This document shows positions 1 to 12,430 of a stretch of DNA of 64,000 bases, piece by piece (the first letter of the stretch is position 1; every line of letters begins with the position of its first letter). A model generated the notes under the pieces. That model did not search any database. It worked only from the letters and a program-made list of their open reading frames with translations, and was not told the origin of the DNA. Position numbers and translations under genes: made by a program. The stretch is from Ascidiella aspersa (lineage: Eukaryota), in assembly GCA_963924565.1 (NCBI GenBank), contig OZ004615.1:21514001-21578000 (forward strand), written 5' to 3'.

Positions 1-1812
1 ACAGAAAACATGGCAAACAGTCACCTACAAAATGCAAAAGCGAGCGCTAAATGAAAGCTAGACTTTCGTCGGACGAAACAGGTCATTTGGGCAACTCACA
101 CGTAATTTATCCTGGTGAGGACGCTAGACCGAAAAGTACACAATGGAATGGCACACAACATTCACAAGCTACTGCTATGCTGCAAAATTGAACATAAAAT
201 CGCAATTTATGCAGTGACTGAGTGAAATTGCGGTTTAGCTTTATACTACATGTTCGGCGCGACAAATACTATGGTTGCATATTTAAACTAATTAGATCCA
301 GGACTGTTAAGTTGACTGGTGCTCCGAACAAAGGCTTCGTCTTGTTACTTTCCAAACGGATTTTAGATTGCAGCAATTTTTAAGCTTTGATTAAAATCTG
401 GATCCCCTACCGGACAGATTCATTACAGCATCACGCACCTGGTTAATTCATTATGTATCGATTTTGTTATACCGAGGGTCTGTTATACGCTTTGTTTTGC
501 ACAGTCTCCTGGCGTGTGGCGTGCTTTGTTGACTATGGCATTGCGTTGTTTGTTGACTATGGCATTGAGTTTGGTTACCACGTGCATAGGGCCATTACAT
601 GCTACGTGGTTCAGGTGGTGTACGAAATGGGAAAAATGTGGTAAAACTGGCTCGACTTGACAACCTAAATAGTTGGTTTGATGTCGTAATGCTTTTTTCT
701 TACGTTTTCTAGTATTTTGTCGACCTGGGAGAAGAAGTTGTAGAGGGATGAAATTCTTTGCCAAGGCCGTGTTCGTAACGTGACACATTTTATATAGTTT
801 ATCATTGACTAGATTACTAGAAAGTCATTGGTGCGGTTTTACTACGTTTGAGCGACCTGAGGTTTCACAGGATTTTTTTATTCTCGCTGTTTAAGCCGTT
901 TAAGCAAACCAGAAGCTACACCAAAGTTGGAATTTACTTTAACAAGTGTCCGTGTTTTTTTAATGGTTAGCCGCATTGGTATCCCAAAGCTATTAATATC
1001 GTATTTTTGTATAGTTTGAGACTTTTCAGTTTTACCACCTATTGTTGGAAATACTTTAGTTATTGAAAATGCTTTATTTTAGCAGCAAATATTGAAACGT
1101 GTGCGTCGATATATCCCTTTTTTTTCAAAACCGCTATTTTTTTTCAAATGTTGATTTTTCTGGCTTAATCGGTGGTGCTACTCGCGTTAGAATTGTTATT
1201 CTTTCACAGCAGGTAACATCCCCACGCTGTCCCGTTTCGTGTGTGGTACCGGTAGGTTTGCATAGCGCCAAATGCGTTAAAGCATTCCAAGTTAAACTGC
1301 CTTTGTTCGGCCTACGGTGCTGGTAAAAGTCAAAACCAGATGCGAGTCACACCCCAGAGCACACACAAACTTAAATTGTTAACGAATCCTACATAATGCG
1401 GTTGTTGATTTAACTTTAGCGATCGCTTACGAGATAACATAACAGCTGGATAAACTTTGGCGTTAATTTTTTCGTCGATTTGTCAAACTTTTGTATAAAG
1501 CAGTTAGACCAGCTAGAACTCGCTATGAATTGTGCACTCAATCATGTCAGCTGTACGTATTTGCAAAGCTATTATACGCTTTTTGTGTTTTATATATGGC
1601 AGCAGAAAATAGCGATTAACCAAGAGGTTTACAAACTGTGAGTAGTTACCCCAAATGGACAAATTTGACGTTTCTGCGGGTAAAACTGCAACATCGTTTC
1701 AAGCTATTTTTGTTCTGTTGCAAAGTAGTATCAGCCTCACACTTGTATTATTGAAATGAGGCAAAATGTGTTGTTTTACACTTTATCGATTGGGGAATAA
1801 AACATGTTATAA

Positions 1813-2199
1813 ATGGGCGCCGAACTTTTTTTAAATTCCAGGGCGTTTTTTCCAACCAGTGCAAACATGAATACTAATTATCTAATAACGTTACAGCTAT
1901 TAGATAACATATTTTGCGCTGTTATTTAGCATCGCGTAACTTTCATGCAGCGCCGTTAGGCTAAAATTTAAAACGGCAAAACTTAAAAGTTGGATTTACG
2001 TATGAATAGTAATATAATTTGGAAGGTTCATATCCATCCTCGTAACCATATGTGGTAATTCAGGATTTTTTGAACACTTCTGGTGAAATAAAACTGTGCT
2101 ACAGGCCTTGATTTTGCACAATAATAATTGTAACTTGGTCAAATTTCATGGCGTTTTGACATCTAAATGCGCTTTGCACACCCACGTTCGCCGCCCATG
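1813..2199. mobile_element. MITE
   Basis: atgggcgccgaac / gttcgccgcccat inverted ends. Confidence 0.55.
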
Positions 2200-2875
2200 A
2201 TGTATATATAACCGTCAGTTCTCCCCAGGTATAACGATGCTAAAATTTTGCTATCTGTTTACCCGATCGCAATCTAGTTAGCGTAGAGGCCAGACCTTTT
2301 GATTTTCGCTTGATACTAAATGAATGCGAACTACAGTTTAATTGAATTACATGAGTCAGGAAGGTTAACAAACGAGATTAACTTATCTCGAACGTGGCGC
2401 ACTTGCTGTCGCGTCAAATTAGAGAAAGGCTAATTAAAAATCCATGAACCTCGTTTGCGCGTCCCCTGAGCCTTCAGCTATCCCATGAGTCCGGGTTCTG
2501 GGCACGTTCTCAAATTATAATTACAAACAGATACTGCTGTGGTTAGTTAAGCGTCAACTAATACTTCCATGTAGGTCGGGCTTGCAGGTTCCAATGCTTA
2601 GGCTCCGTCAATTTTTTGTTTAATGAAGCTATTTTTTTGGGGGATTTAAAAAAATTACTTTCACTATGCAGCGAAAAATGTACTACGAGTATTTGGGTAA
2701 CTGTTATGACTTTGTCACTGTTTTGAGATTTTTAGATCTTTTAAGAGTGTCTGACTTGAATTGGTAGCTTTTCTAGAGTTTTCTGCTGTTACGCCAATGC
2801 TAAGTTGTTTTTTTTTGCGTTTAAATTTTTGCTTTGTGAATTCAATTTCAATATCCACTCCTTCCTATTTCGCAG

Positions 2876-3893
2876 AACGCGCAACGAAGCGCCTACACCA
2901 GAGACACAAACTGTCATAAAAGCTGAAAACCCAGGGTCTGAAGAGCAAAAAGAAGACGCCAAGGAAGAAGAGCAGTCCCCGGAGGACATGGAGGAGATCT
3001 TGCATCCGACCGCCGAGAACCACCTCTCACAGGAGGAGGTCGACAATGCTCTCGCTCTTCTCAACGAGTGTCTGGAGGACACGGAGGCTCATCACTCCTC
3101 CTCTCGAAGCCCGGGATCCACCATCGGATCCGGGAGCTTCAACACAAAGTCCTCAACCCTAGGGAGCCACCAGGACTCGGAGGATGGGGACGGGGGACCC
3201 ACCTTTAGCCCCGAGCAACCAGATTACCCCAGCTTGGAGGGGGAAGTCCGCTTCGCCGAGAAGGGTCCTGAGTACGCACTTCCGGTGAGGGATGTAATTT
3301 TGGGGACCGTACCTGCGCGCAAGGCCGTGCTTATCACATCAACCATGACGACGATGGAGTACCGGAGCAACAGTCCGGATGCAGTCGTCATTAACGACGA
3401 CAAAAATATTGCGGCCACGTTGAACTACGGAAACAACCCTTTGCTCGAAAGTGGCGGCTACGCTACCATCGAGGACCTACACGCCCCCCAATCGTCGACC
3501 ACGCCCACCCGCTCCACTGGTAAAGGCAGTATCGATTCCGGCCAATCAGCGGGCTCCATCGTCGCGCTTCCCGCCCACGTCACAATGTCCAATAGTGACG
3601 TCGACAGTGGATTCGACGGCAGCGCGACCGTCATAAGCAGCTCCTCGGAAGTTCGCCTAAGTCCCACCCTGGAAAGATCTACTGTCGTCACAGCAACCGT
3701 GACGTCACCCGAATGTGGCGCCGCGCTGACGTCACCCGGGTATGACGTCACGACAACCTCTGGTAAAACGATTAACGTGGCATCGGATGTGACCGATTCC
3801 CAGTTGTCGGGTGCGATTGAGTATATTCCAGCACCGAAGGAAGCTGAGATTAAGATCATCACCATAAAGAACGTTTACACAGACGTTCCAAAC
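2876..3893 (+). CDS. TNS: Tensin-family gene, internal exon A (acidic Ser/Thr-rich disordered region)
   Basis: Acceptor cttcctatttcgcag ends 2875; donor AAC|gtgagt at 3894; GC-richer open frame (ORF 2805..4067); phase 2 in, phase 0 out; LD-like helix QEEVDNALALLNECLE. Confidence 0.9.
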
Positions 3894-4282
3894 GTGAGTA
3901 TTTATAGCACATCGGTGTTATTTGAGCCGTGGTTAAGTTTCCTCGTTTTAACAAAGGATTTTAGGTTGTGTTTTTGTAAACCAAGTATTTGTATGACAAA
4001 ACTAAAGCTTAGGCAAGTTTGTATAGTTTATGGTTTATGGTATGGCGAACTCATGAGTCATGACTAGGATAATGTCAGTTATAACTCCTAATATTTCTGT
4101 TATGTAAGAGTGAATCCAAATGGCGTCTTAGATAGAAAATACGGTGGACATACTTATGGCTTAAATCACGTTGTGTTTGATTGCGATCTTTGGTAAAATT
4201 TCGTCCAAAAACCAATTCAAAGCACGTTACTCCTCTCTGTGACCACTGACCAATGCTCTTAACTTCACGCTCTTTTTCACAG

Positions 4283-4546
4283 ACTGCCCAGACGTCGACC
4301 ACAATCAGCCAAGCGGCTCTTCCGCAAACCGCGCACTCAATACAAGGCCAGGTCCCCGCCCACGACACACCCCTTGTTCAAACCCTACCTCCAACAGCAA
4401 CGTCACAACCACACGGTCATCATTCTTCTCCTGCTCCGGCGGAACAGACGGATGTTGCGGAGGTTGTTGACGATGAAGAAGAGAGAAAAGTCCAGGAGGA
4501 GATTGAGAACACGCGGAGGAGACTCTTGTGGCTGGAGGAGCAGCAG
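4283..4546 (+). CDS. TNS: Tensin exon B
   Basis: Acceptor tctttttcacag, donor CAG|gtgaaa; 264 nt, phase 0-0; TAQTSTT...EEERKVQEEIENTRRRLLWLEEQQ. Confidence 0.88.
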
Positions 4547-4617
4547 GTGAAAATAACTTGAAACTCTTAAAGCAGAAAACGGTAACATGAATAAGCGGAG
4601 GTGGTTTGTCTATAGGG

Positions 4618-5107
4618 CGGTGGTTCTCAACCCTTTCAGCTTATGGACCGAATTTTGCGAACCGGTGGACCTTCAAAAATTAAAATCAACCCAAAATGTA
4701 ATTACGACAAAAGTATGCAACCTAAAAGCAAACAACGAAAACCTCAATGTAATGAGCAAATTGCTGCCGTCTTTTTGATATCATACGTGTTTTACGTGGT
4801 TTTATTGTTTTTCACGAACATCTGGTTTTATATATAATTTAACGAGTTGTAGACCTCTTTTAAACGATTGGCCACAACACTTGTAGCATTGTGACGTACG
4901 ATAAAGTTCAAATTAGACCATTAACTCTACGTTACGTCGCAATGCTTCAAATTACAGAACTGGCGAAGTTCTAAATTTCATGGACAAGCAGCGTTCAACG
5001 ACTTGCATTTTGCAATTGAGATATAAAATTGTAATATATTTGGCGGACCGGCAGAAAAGTTGACGCGGACCGCCACCGGTCCGCTGACCGGCGGTTGAGA
5101 ACCACTG
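4618..5107. mobile_element. hAT (Charlie-like) MITE
   Basis: TIR cggtggttctcaacc / ggttgagaaccactg; flanks ctataggg / gtctaggg. Confidence 0.82.
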
Positions 5108-5129
5108 GTCTAGGGAGCTCGTTTACCAA

Positions 5130-5815
5130 CCCTCGTAGGTTTGATTGTACAGGTAGGGCGTACAAAATAGTTCATTCAAATGTTTTAGGCTTGCCTATAG
5201 TTTAGTTTCGTCACCTAACGGCACGCTGTTCAGCTAGCTAAAAGTTCAGTAGCCATAAAAAGTAAAGACAGCGAACACACCAGTTGTGACCCAAGTTAAT
5301 GACAACCGAATAGGTGGGGTATCTACGAAAAAAAAATCGCAACAGATCCGGCCGTGTTTTTCTTCCGGGAGAAAACAGACCTTTGCCAAGTTTAATCACC
5401 ATGATGGGTTCTTATGCAGGCGTATTGCGGTAACGGGTCGCGCCCTTCTAAGAATATTAGCCTTTCCAATTTAAAGCACTCTGACTGTCTGGGTAATTTC
5501 TTTTTTACTGCCGACTGTATAACTTTGTCTGACGAAGGTATTTCCCGGAAATGTTGCAGCTACGATAACACGTTTTGGATGTGGTTTGTCCCGGGAAAAC
5601 TGGCTTACCCCTCGTAGGTTTGATTGTACTAGTAGAGTTTTTTTTTCCAATGTTACTGAAAAGTTTGCCTGTAGTTTAGTTTCGTTTGTTGACAATTTGA
5701 GTTGAATGCCACCCAACTGCACGCTGTTTAATCAGCTAACTGAAAGTCAAGCAGCCATCTGAAGTAAAGTTAGCGAACACACCAGTTGTTACCCAAAGTG
5801 ATGCGACAACCCATT
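5130..5815. repeat. ~200-bp direct repeats (5130-5330, 5608-5815) around a ~280-bp spacer
   Basis: ccctcgtaggtttgattgtac..tagtttagtttcgt..gcacgctgtt..agcgaacacaccagttgt.accca occurs twice. Confidence 0.85.
5525..5559 (+). ncRNA. Decayed hammerhead-like motif
   Basis: ttgt CTGACGA A GG tatttc CC g GAAA t GTT gcag. Confidence 0.35.
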
Positions 5816-5841
5816 CACCTGTTTCATTTCCTCTTTTACAG

Positions 5842-5923
5842 AATAAAATAAAGAAGAAAAAGGAAGACCAGGCGAAACGGCACAGCTTTGGCTATTCGAA
5901 CGCGCGCATAGCCCAATCAATGG
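5842..5923 (+). CDS. TNS: Tensin exon C
   Basis: Acceptor ctcttttacag, donor ATGG|gtaagt; NKIKKKKEDQAKRHSFGYSNARIAQSM; phase 0-1 bridges B and D exactly. Confidence 0.85.
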
Positions 5924-6471
5924 GTAAGTGTTGTTCAGGGAAATGTAAAGTTTAGAGCAGCGTCAAGCTTTAATGTTTTCTCCGAAATGCTTGGCACTGC
6001 GCCTGAACATCAATGTCAACTCAAACGAAAGGCTGCGGAAAATCTAATTAAAGGGCGCTCACGATAATACAATACAGTTAATGAATTCGTAGTTGTGTAA
6101 CCATTTCCGTCTAAATCGCTCCGCCTCTAAATTAATTCGTGAGATCCTTTTAGCTTCAAACGCAGCTTCAGGCAAAGCCAACGATCGACATGTTGTATTG
6201 TTCATAAGCCGACAAGCACTTGGACCTCATCCCTATAGACTGCAGGATTAAGTATTAAAGAGTGACGATCAATACGGCTGGCTGTCTGTAGCAATTGATA
6301 AGGACGACAGGCTAAAAAAATCGATTTCGCGTCCATCCCGCCAAGCATTAAGCAAATGTTTCCGTTTATGCAAACCGATTTAAATAAATAGGACAGGCCT
6401 ATCTCCCTTTCCGCGCTTCATAAATATAATCCAAACGCGACATGTTGGTGTGTTTTTTAATCTCTATACAC

Positions 6472-6892
6472 CAGTGGTTCTTAACCATTTCTTAATGTCC
6501 AGTTCTATACGTTAACCCCTAAACCTTTTAATCTAAATGTTTACAAAATAGGGCAACGCAAAACTATAAAGCTAAGGATTCGCGCAAAACGTGAAAATTA
6601 CTGTTAAAGTTGGAGGATCCGACCCATTTGCTCACCTTAGCTCGCCATTAACTGTTCCATTGTGCTGATCACACCTATTCTAAATCGGTCGCCTAAATGA
6701 GATAATAAAATTCGTAGCTCAAACAATTTCAAATCGCTAAATTATAAACCATGTTTTGCAGTTGCCAAAACTACATGTCGTGGATGTAAAGCGTAGGATA
6801 GCATAATAAACTTTGATGCTTATAGGTAAGTCTGTTATTAACTACAACTCGCACCCCTCTAAGAATTGTTCACCCCCGATTAAGAACCACTG
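6472..6892. mobile_element. hAT MITE
   Basis: TIR cagtggttcttaa / ttaagaaccactg. Confidence 0.78.
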
Positions 6893-7288
6893 CTCTATCC
6901 TAGGCTGTTTGTGTCATTTGTATTGGTTTACAACCAGGTCAACTTGATTCCGAAACTGAAAATGAATGAAGCCAAATGGACCAAACAGTTTTTGTAAAAT
7001 TCTCGATGTTTTCTACATAATATTAGATTTACAAACTCTAAACTTATGGACTCCTAACGACAAACAATTGGCAGCAATCCGCAAAACCGTTTCAATTAAA
7101 AGCGCAACTTGATTCCAAAATTGAAAACGAATGGAACCAAATGGACCTAACAGTTATAGTAGAATTTTAGCTCCCTCGATGCTTTTGTTCATAAATTGGC
7201 ACTTCAAAACCTAAACACATAAACGTAAAGATTCACATAAGGTGTGATCAGTTTAAAACCGATTTAATTGAAAGTGCCATTTGTCCAG

Positions 7289-7497
7289 ACATCCCACCAA
7301 GTCACGTGATAAGCAGCACCTTGCCGCGTCGTCCCGTCACGCACGTGACCTCCGGCATCAGCCAATCAAAATCGAGCTCGTTGGCGCCGGACGACAGCAA
7401 GTTGAGCGAAAAGGAACGAAACGATATCGACGAGCTTCTGAGATCGGTGCAGGAACTCGACTTCACAGTTTCAAAGCAACGTCCCAAACCTAAAATC
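7289..7497 (+). CDS. TNS: Tensin exon D
   Basis: Acceptor catttgtccag, donor ATC|gtaagt; phase 1-0; LSEKERNDIDELLRSV resembles recalled TNS1 LSPQEKRELDRLLSGF. Confidence 0.88.
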
Positions 7498-9258
7498 GTA
7501 AGTTTGTCGATAAATCTTATTGGGCCAGTTAAAGCATATCATTTTTGCTCAATTAGTGAGCTTCTTATAATTTTTTGTGTAAGATTGGAGTAAAAAGAAT
7601 CAAATTAAAGTTCCTACGTACTGTAGAGTTGATGTGTGTTGTTCCAGTTCCGGTTTTTTTGTGGCGTTTTAATAAATTACGAAAATTTCAGTAGGGATTT
7701 GGTGATATTCGAGATGTCTGGTACTTCGTACTTTATTTATTCCAAAACAGATGGCGAATATTACATTAATTTGATTCTATACCATTGACTGCAATACTAT
7801 GGTCAAATGAGCAAAAGTATGGCAATAAAACTCTTAAAGGTAATGTTTTCCATGTGTTCATGCACAAATTGAGTGGTCGTTTAAACTGGACAAAATAAAA
7901 CGGCAGTTTTTGTTCATAGCTCCTTTTTGTTGCTAGATTGCTTAATCATCGACTTTTCCATAAAAAATCAAATATGTAACGTCTAATGCAAATCGCAGTC
8001 GGTGTAAAACGCAGACTTTTGTTTTTAGTTGCATTAGAGCAGGCATACTCTTTTTATCTGGGAATTTGTAGATACTGCCAGCAGGGATGTCGTTACGTTA
8101 CATTTTTTTTTCGAGCCTGACAGAGTTGACTAAAAAACGTTGTTCCTATACTTGAGTCCTCTGAAGGCTTCGGGAATTTCCAGCATAGACCGAATAGCTG
8201 TGTTTTGACTGGTATAGACCGAATAGTTGCGGTTTTTACAAGTTGAAGTCGGTTGTAAACGAAATTTCCACACTTTAAACTGGAACTTGCCTCCAAAACA
8301 ACCTCAAGTCGATTGACGCGAGGTTTCACCGGAATTTTAAGTGTGCAAAACCGCATGTATACGTGCGATCAAAATTTCATTTTAAAGCTAACGCCTAAAT
8401 TGTTGTTGGAACTTGGTTTTCTGTTTTTCACATATTTATATTCAATTTTCCGGCACGTTATTATTGTTTAAATGTTTTCTATTTGTAATGCACTACATGA
8501 CTATCATGGACTATATACCATTTTCATGTAATATTACGCGTTATGTATTACACTATCGCAAATTGCTTCACGATAGTTCGAAAAAGTCTTGAATTTCAAG
8601 CGTGTTAAGCGTAAATACCTAGCGTTAAATTTAGCCTCCAAATGGTCGGATTAAATACTCGGACCGGGAATCGTTTGATTTTTTTTCCGATTTTAATCTT
8701 GTCGTGAAAGGTGGTTGACGAGGGCGGCGTCGTTCCTGTCTAAACGAACATCGCATTCACATTAAACCGCGTTGAGTTTGACGTATAGCCTTGTTTATGG
8801 TAAATACAAGTCGGCAATGAATAATAGTGACGCCGGTCAGTTTTTCGGTTTTAACCGTTTAAAGTTGAAAAAAATTTGCCGGTTTGCGGGAATGTTTTTC
8901 GACAATCGTAAGGAAGAAATTTGAAAGCATTGACTAATCATTTGGCGTTGGCTGATTATTTGGTGTAATGTGTTTTCTAAAATGCCGATCACAACCTTTG
9001 CTGTGTAATCCTGCGAATGGCACACAAAAAAAATTGTGTTTTGATGTTTTATGCTGGATTAAAACAATATACATTCCTATAGCCTAAGCTCGGCCGTATC
9101 TATAGGTTACCAACTAATATTTTCTGTCCCAAGATCTGATTGCCATTAAATAACCTTTTCTAATCAACAGCTCATACAGAGAGTATTTCAGTGAGCAGAT
9201 AAAATTAATCTCACAACAAACAAAACAAAAACGCTTTTTTTCGGTACTTGTTTGTAGT

Positions 9259-9358
9259 ATCCCACGTTTCGGCTACCTACCCAGGACGCCGTTGTGTTAG
9301 GCGTGGTGTTACATTCCCCGAGGAAGGTGTCCTGGATAGGAAGCCGGAAACTTCAGAT
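9259..9358. repeat. Inverted repeat with decayed hammerhead-like arms (second family)
   Basis: Reverse complement of 9259-9290 (ggcgtcctgggtaggtagccgaaacgtgggat) matches 9326-9358; preceded by CCGAGGAAGG. Confidence 0.5.
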
Positions 9359-9768
9359 AAAATAAATATTATTATTTTAGAAGCTGCACGAAATGCCTTG
9401 CCCTCGCTGCGAGAACATAAAAGCAGCACAAAAAATATTTTTTTTTAGTTTTTTTATTATATACTATGTCTGGTGGCATATTTAATAATCCGCTTGGTTC
9501 GACTTAGCGTCGACGACAAACTATTACCAAACGTCAACGGTAACCAGCACCGTTCGGGCGTTTGTTTTGTTTTTCGCCGTGTTCGCAAAAACGCCATCGT
9601 CTTGTCGTAAGCATCTTGCGAACTTGACCTGACATACTGTTTTGTGCCCCAGGGTCACGATAGATATCTCCACTCGTTTTGGAGCGCAATGTTTTTTTTT
9701 GTGCTGCTTTTAAGTTCTCTTTGCGAGCGCAAGCCATTTCGTTCAGCTTCTGCTGATTACGTCTTCCG

Positions 9769-9776
9769 TATATAAG
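9769..9776 (+). promoter_or_regulatory. Candidate TATA box of an intronic promoter
   Basis: TATATAAG flanked by GC-richer sequence, CRE-like ttacgtc just upstream, strong donor at 10049. Confidence 0.3.
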
Positions 9777-9795
9777 CGCCGCTCGCTTCGCACCT

Positions 9796-9965
9796 AAATT
9801 GGGAATAAAAGTGACGTTTTGGGGCAGCTACTGATTGCGCCTTAGGTATATGAGCTTTGTACCGAAATTCGAATAAAATTGACGTTTTAGGGCAGCTACT
9901 GATTGCGCCTTACGTATATGAGCTTTGTACTGAAATTGGAATTAAAGTGACGTTTTTGGGCAGCT
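9796..9965. repeat. Tandem repeat, ~68-bp unit x2.5
   Basis: Units start 9796, 9865, 9933 (aaatt.gaataaaa.tgacgtttt.gggcagct). Confidence 0.92.
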
Positions 9966-10015
9966 TTGCCTTTTAAATATGCTGAACTATACGTCGAAGA
10001 TATAGCTGGCGGAGA

Positions 10016-10048
10016 ATGTCAAAGCAACCAAGTCAACCTCCGTGTAAG
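10016..10048 (+). CDS. Candidate alternative first coding exon (MSKQPSQPPCK)
   Basis: ATG + 10 codons ending AAG|gtatga, phase 0 (fits exon E); TATATAAG at 9769. Confidence 0.35.
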
Positions 10049-11515
10049 GTATGACTTTTTTAATATTTTGATTTAGAACACTCTGCCACTGCAGCCAGAG
10101 TTAAACAACTGGAGTGGTTTTAGCGTTTTCAAATTGGTTGTTATAAAATTTATTGCTTTACTTTTGCCAAATGAACATAGATTTAAAAATATTGAATTGG
10201 CGCTAAGATCTGAAGAAGTTTTAGTTATCTTCAATTTCGACAAAATGACTTTTTTTTGACATAAGAATGTGAATGGTAAATATTCGTACGCCAAGATGGT
10301 ACTTTTTAACTATACAAATTACATTTCGGTGAAATCGGAAATAAATTAGAATTCGACCACACAAGCAATTAACAAATTAGAATTAGCAGCATATTACTCT
10401 AAATCGTCAAATTACTTAACTCGATTTACCAATTTGCCCAAGTCTGTCTGCCACTCCTGTGTTTGTGTAGGTGTGTTTTGAGTGACTGGCGTTTAACTGC
10501 TCTGTCGTATTTTATCCGCGTTACGTTTAAATTAAAGCGGCTGGAAATTACACGTTACATGCCGCAGCGACAGCTATTTTCCGTGTAATTTACGCTTTTA
10601 TTTCGGCTACAAACGTAGCGTCACAGGTTAAGCATTTTTTATGTGTATGACGTAACGGACGGATAGCATGCCTAAGTGTTTTTATGATTCTGTATATGTT
10701 GATAGTGTTTATGATTTATGGTCCTGAAATGATAGTACAGCCGAGTTTATATTTATTAGTTATTTATTGTTTTGTAGTTTATTGAAGTTTTAAAGATGTA
10801 TTTTTTAAGCTGCTCAACTTAAGGGCCATGTACAATTCAAATTGCAGCAGTCACTTAGTTTTAACAGAGCTAGCTGTGTTGAAAGGTTGGTCATTTTGCA
10901 ACACATGACTTGCGAGCTCGCAACGCATTGCTACTACGTATCAGCGTTTCAATAAAAAAAATTTTCTTGTTTATTGAAGAAGGTTTTTTTAGCTACTTTT
11001 GTGTTTGGTGACTTTAGGCTTTTAAAGCAGTATTGATACGTCCTAAGTCCATAATCATTAGGCGAAATTCTTCGTTATATTAGCAAGCCCATTTATTCTA
11101 TATGTATGCTTGTCGATGTGGACTTATTGTTTTATTCAGTCATTCCCACAGGGGTCAATATTAAATCAATCAAGTAATTCCGTCAAATGGTGCCTTTCGT
11201 AAATTTTATGCTTGGCGGCTCAACCTCTGCTTTCAATTATGCTAGTTAACTGACTATTGTTTTGGCCGATGATTAGTTTCATTGTTATTACTTTAAATTG
11301 TGTTGGTGATTTTTGCTCTTTTTCACGTTCGGTTGACATTGATTTTGTTGTCTGATGGTGGTTCACTACGTTTGGTGAAGTTTTCTGCAATAAAATAGGA
11401 GTTATTTCTTGTTTGTTTAAATAAACTAACAAAATTCTGTCCGTTCAATGTGTAGTTTGTGTTACAGTCTTGTATTTCTGTTTGCAAGAGTTAGCGAATT
11501 TTAAACAGTGGCTGA

Positions 11516-12430
11516 TAGGGATGTTCAAAGTAGAATATCGAATCCTTGGATTCGAATCCAATTCTGCCGTATATTTCGGGTAATTGGAACCGATATAATT
11601 TAATGTTTTACCGCCGATTGTTGCGCCTAATTATACAAACGCGTCTGGTAAGTTGGCCTGTCGCTGCGGCGACAAATTTATAGTGATTGCTTTAAATGTA
11701 ACCAGGTAGTGAAGCGTCAGCGTTTTTTCGGGTGACCAATTACTTCGCGTCTCGCGATAACGTTCGTCTAATAATTAGGTGTCAATCAAGCATTATTGGG
11801 CGAGCGACTAACGTGTATTTTCAGGTGGGGAGTTCCCAATTTCCCTAAATGCGTTAAGTTGCAAAAGTAACATTACGTTGAAAGAGGTGCTGGATGTCGA
11901 CCAAATGCGCTATAGGGTTACTTAAGGTCAACTTTAGGCCAATTTTCAGCGAGGTTATCCAGTATTGCACAGCGTAATTGTCAAGTATTCGTTATGTCAA
12001 TAGTAACATTCTTTGCAGTACATTATTTGACTGCATAACAGATCATTTTAGTCACAAAAAGAAGCACAAAAACCCAACAATGCTTTAAAAACAGGAACGA
12101 ATTGCTAAAGAGTTCTGTGTTCGGTGTTCTGTGTTCTGTGTTGCATTGTACTCACTATTGGAAAAAATATAAGTTTTGGCAACAACCTGGACAGTGGACA
12201 TATTACAGTTTGCACAACTGCTTCAAATGACAGTTGTTAAGAATGTTAAACATATGGGAGATTTTTTTTATTATAATGTACACATGTTAGCAAAAAATAC
12301 CTTCCCCAAACAAAATCGAGGTTGAATAATTTAATAAAATTATACCAGGATTCGATATTCTGAATTCGTTATTCTAGATTCGAAACCTATTATTCTAGAA
12401 TACCTTGGTATTATACTTTGAACATCCCTA
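11516..12430. mobile_element. Non-autonomous hAT (Ac-like TAGGGATG ends) element, 915 bp
   Basis: 17-bp perfect TIR tagggatgttcaaagta / tactttgaacatcccta; perfect 8-bp TSD gtggctga. Confidence 0.92.
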
